The notes below the pieces were generated by a model. The model was not told where the DNA came from. It was given only the letters and a program-made list of their open reading frames with translations, and did no database searches. Below, piece after piece: positions 63,622-64,000 of a stretch of DNA of 64,000 nt (position 1 is the first letter of the stretch; every line of letters starts with the position of its first letter). The DNA is from Candidatus Zambryskibacteria bacterium RIFCSPHIGHO2_01_FULL_46_25 (lineage in GTDB: Bacteria; Patescibacteriota; Minisyncoccia; Phycocordibacterales; Zambryskibacteraceae): the NCBI GenBank assembly GCA_001825155.1, contig MHVH01000005.1:3528-67527 (forward strand), in the 5' to 3' direction. The position numbers and the translations under genes were made by a program.

Positions 63622-63656
63622 AGTATTTTTTGTTAATTATACCTCTCAATTATACT

Positions 63657-64000
63657 CTACTTAAACTCCACCGCGAAGCGGTACATGCCCATGGAGCAGA
63701 AGCCGTCGAGGGTACCGGCTTCCGGGGTGCCGAGGTCTATATCGGTGGTACCCGTTTGCGGTAGAAACATGCTTACGTTCCTCTTCGGTATGCGGAGCGA
63801 TAGTGAGCAATCGAAGGTACCGCCGGTCTTCATGCGGAGAATAGTCGGCAAGCCGGCTTCCGCAACCGAATTCTTGGGCCTATAGCCGCCCTTGGCGGAG
63901 ATTTCGATTATCTGAACTCCGTCTACGATACTTACGTTGTTGGCAGGCAAGCTGTCTTGAGCGGGCACGCTTCGCCAAAGGAAGATTATTCCTGCCGCCA
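63657..64000 (-). CDS. hypothetical protein, N-terminus beyond the window end
   Basis: ORF open to the window edge on the minus strand. No motif recognised. Confidence 0.3.
   Translation of the reverse strand, partial: AAGIIFLWRSVPAQDSLPANNVSIVDGVQIIEISAKGGYRPKNSVAEAGLPTILRMKTGGTFDCSLSLRIPKRNVSMFLPQTGTTDIDLGTPEAGTLDGFCSMGMYRFAVEFK

Overview
Gene-dense bacterial chromosome segment of about 64 kb. Short intergenic regions, consensus AAGGAGG-type ribosome-binding sites, compact aminoacyl-tRNA synthetases (531-aa AlaS, 407-aa GltX, 271-aa YchF, archaeal-type AspRS), a short L9 and many small lineage-specific hypotheticals suggest, by inference only, a reduced-genome bacterium of the CPR/Patescibacteria kind. 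Conserved backbone: leuS, mltG, mnmA, alaS, the infA-rpmJ-rpsM-rpsK-rpsD-rpoA-rplQ and rplM-rpsI ribosomal clusters, grpE-dnaK-dnaJ-like, trpS-aspS, scpAB, a dacB-like gene, asnB (two copies), mraY, ftsW-murG, gltX, an M23 peptidase, a xerC/D-like tyrosine recombinase, rpmA, rplI, ctpA, cysS, dnaB-recR, rplU, rmuC, class II RNR (nrdJ) and one tRNA-Glu. No rRNA genes and no CRISPR array were seen. Compositionally mosaic accessory material is interspersed. (1) An AT-rich islet with NUDIX, ATP-grasp and AsnB genes. (2) A secreted beta-helix surface-protein gene whose ATG is separated from its signal peptide by an out-of-frame G10 tract, a phase-variation candidate. (3) LeuS carrying a complete Nudix-box domain inserted after a shortened CP1 region. 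(4) A 450-bp element with terminal inverted repeats carrying a DUF559/Vsr-like nuclease, plus an 81-bp in-frame miniature copy inside mnmA. (5) A GC-rich 2-kb islet with pyrE-like and pyrF-like genes, each followed by a near-identical hairpin. The islet is bracketed by about 65-bp direct repeats containing a hairpin with compensatory changes, and lies next to the tyrosine recombinase. (6) A PaaX-family regulator with a Cas2-like C-terminal region, next to an ATP-cone plus PD-(D/E)xK nuclease gene, both preceded by the same 38-bp palindrome. (7) A cluster of three monocistronic minus-strand small genes, including a 12-Cys protein, that share a 65-bp upstream repeat. (8) Several palindromic and tandem repeat families, some inserted in-frame into coding sequence.
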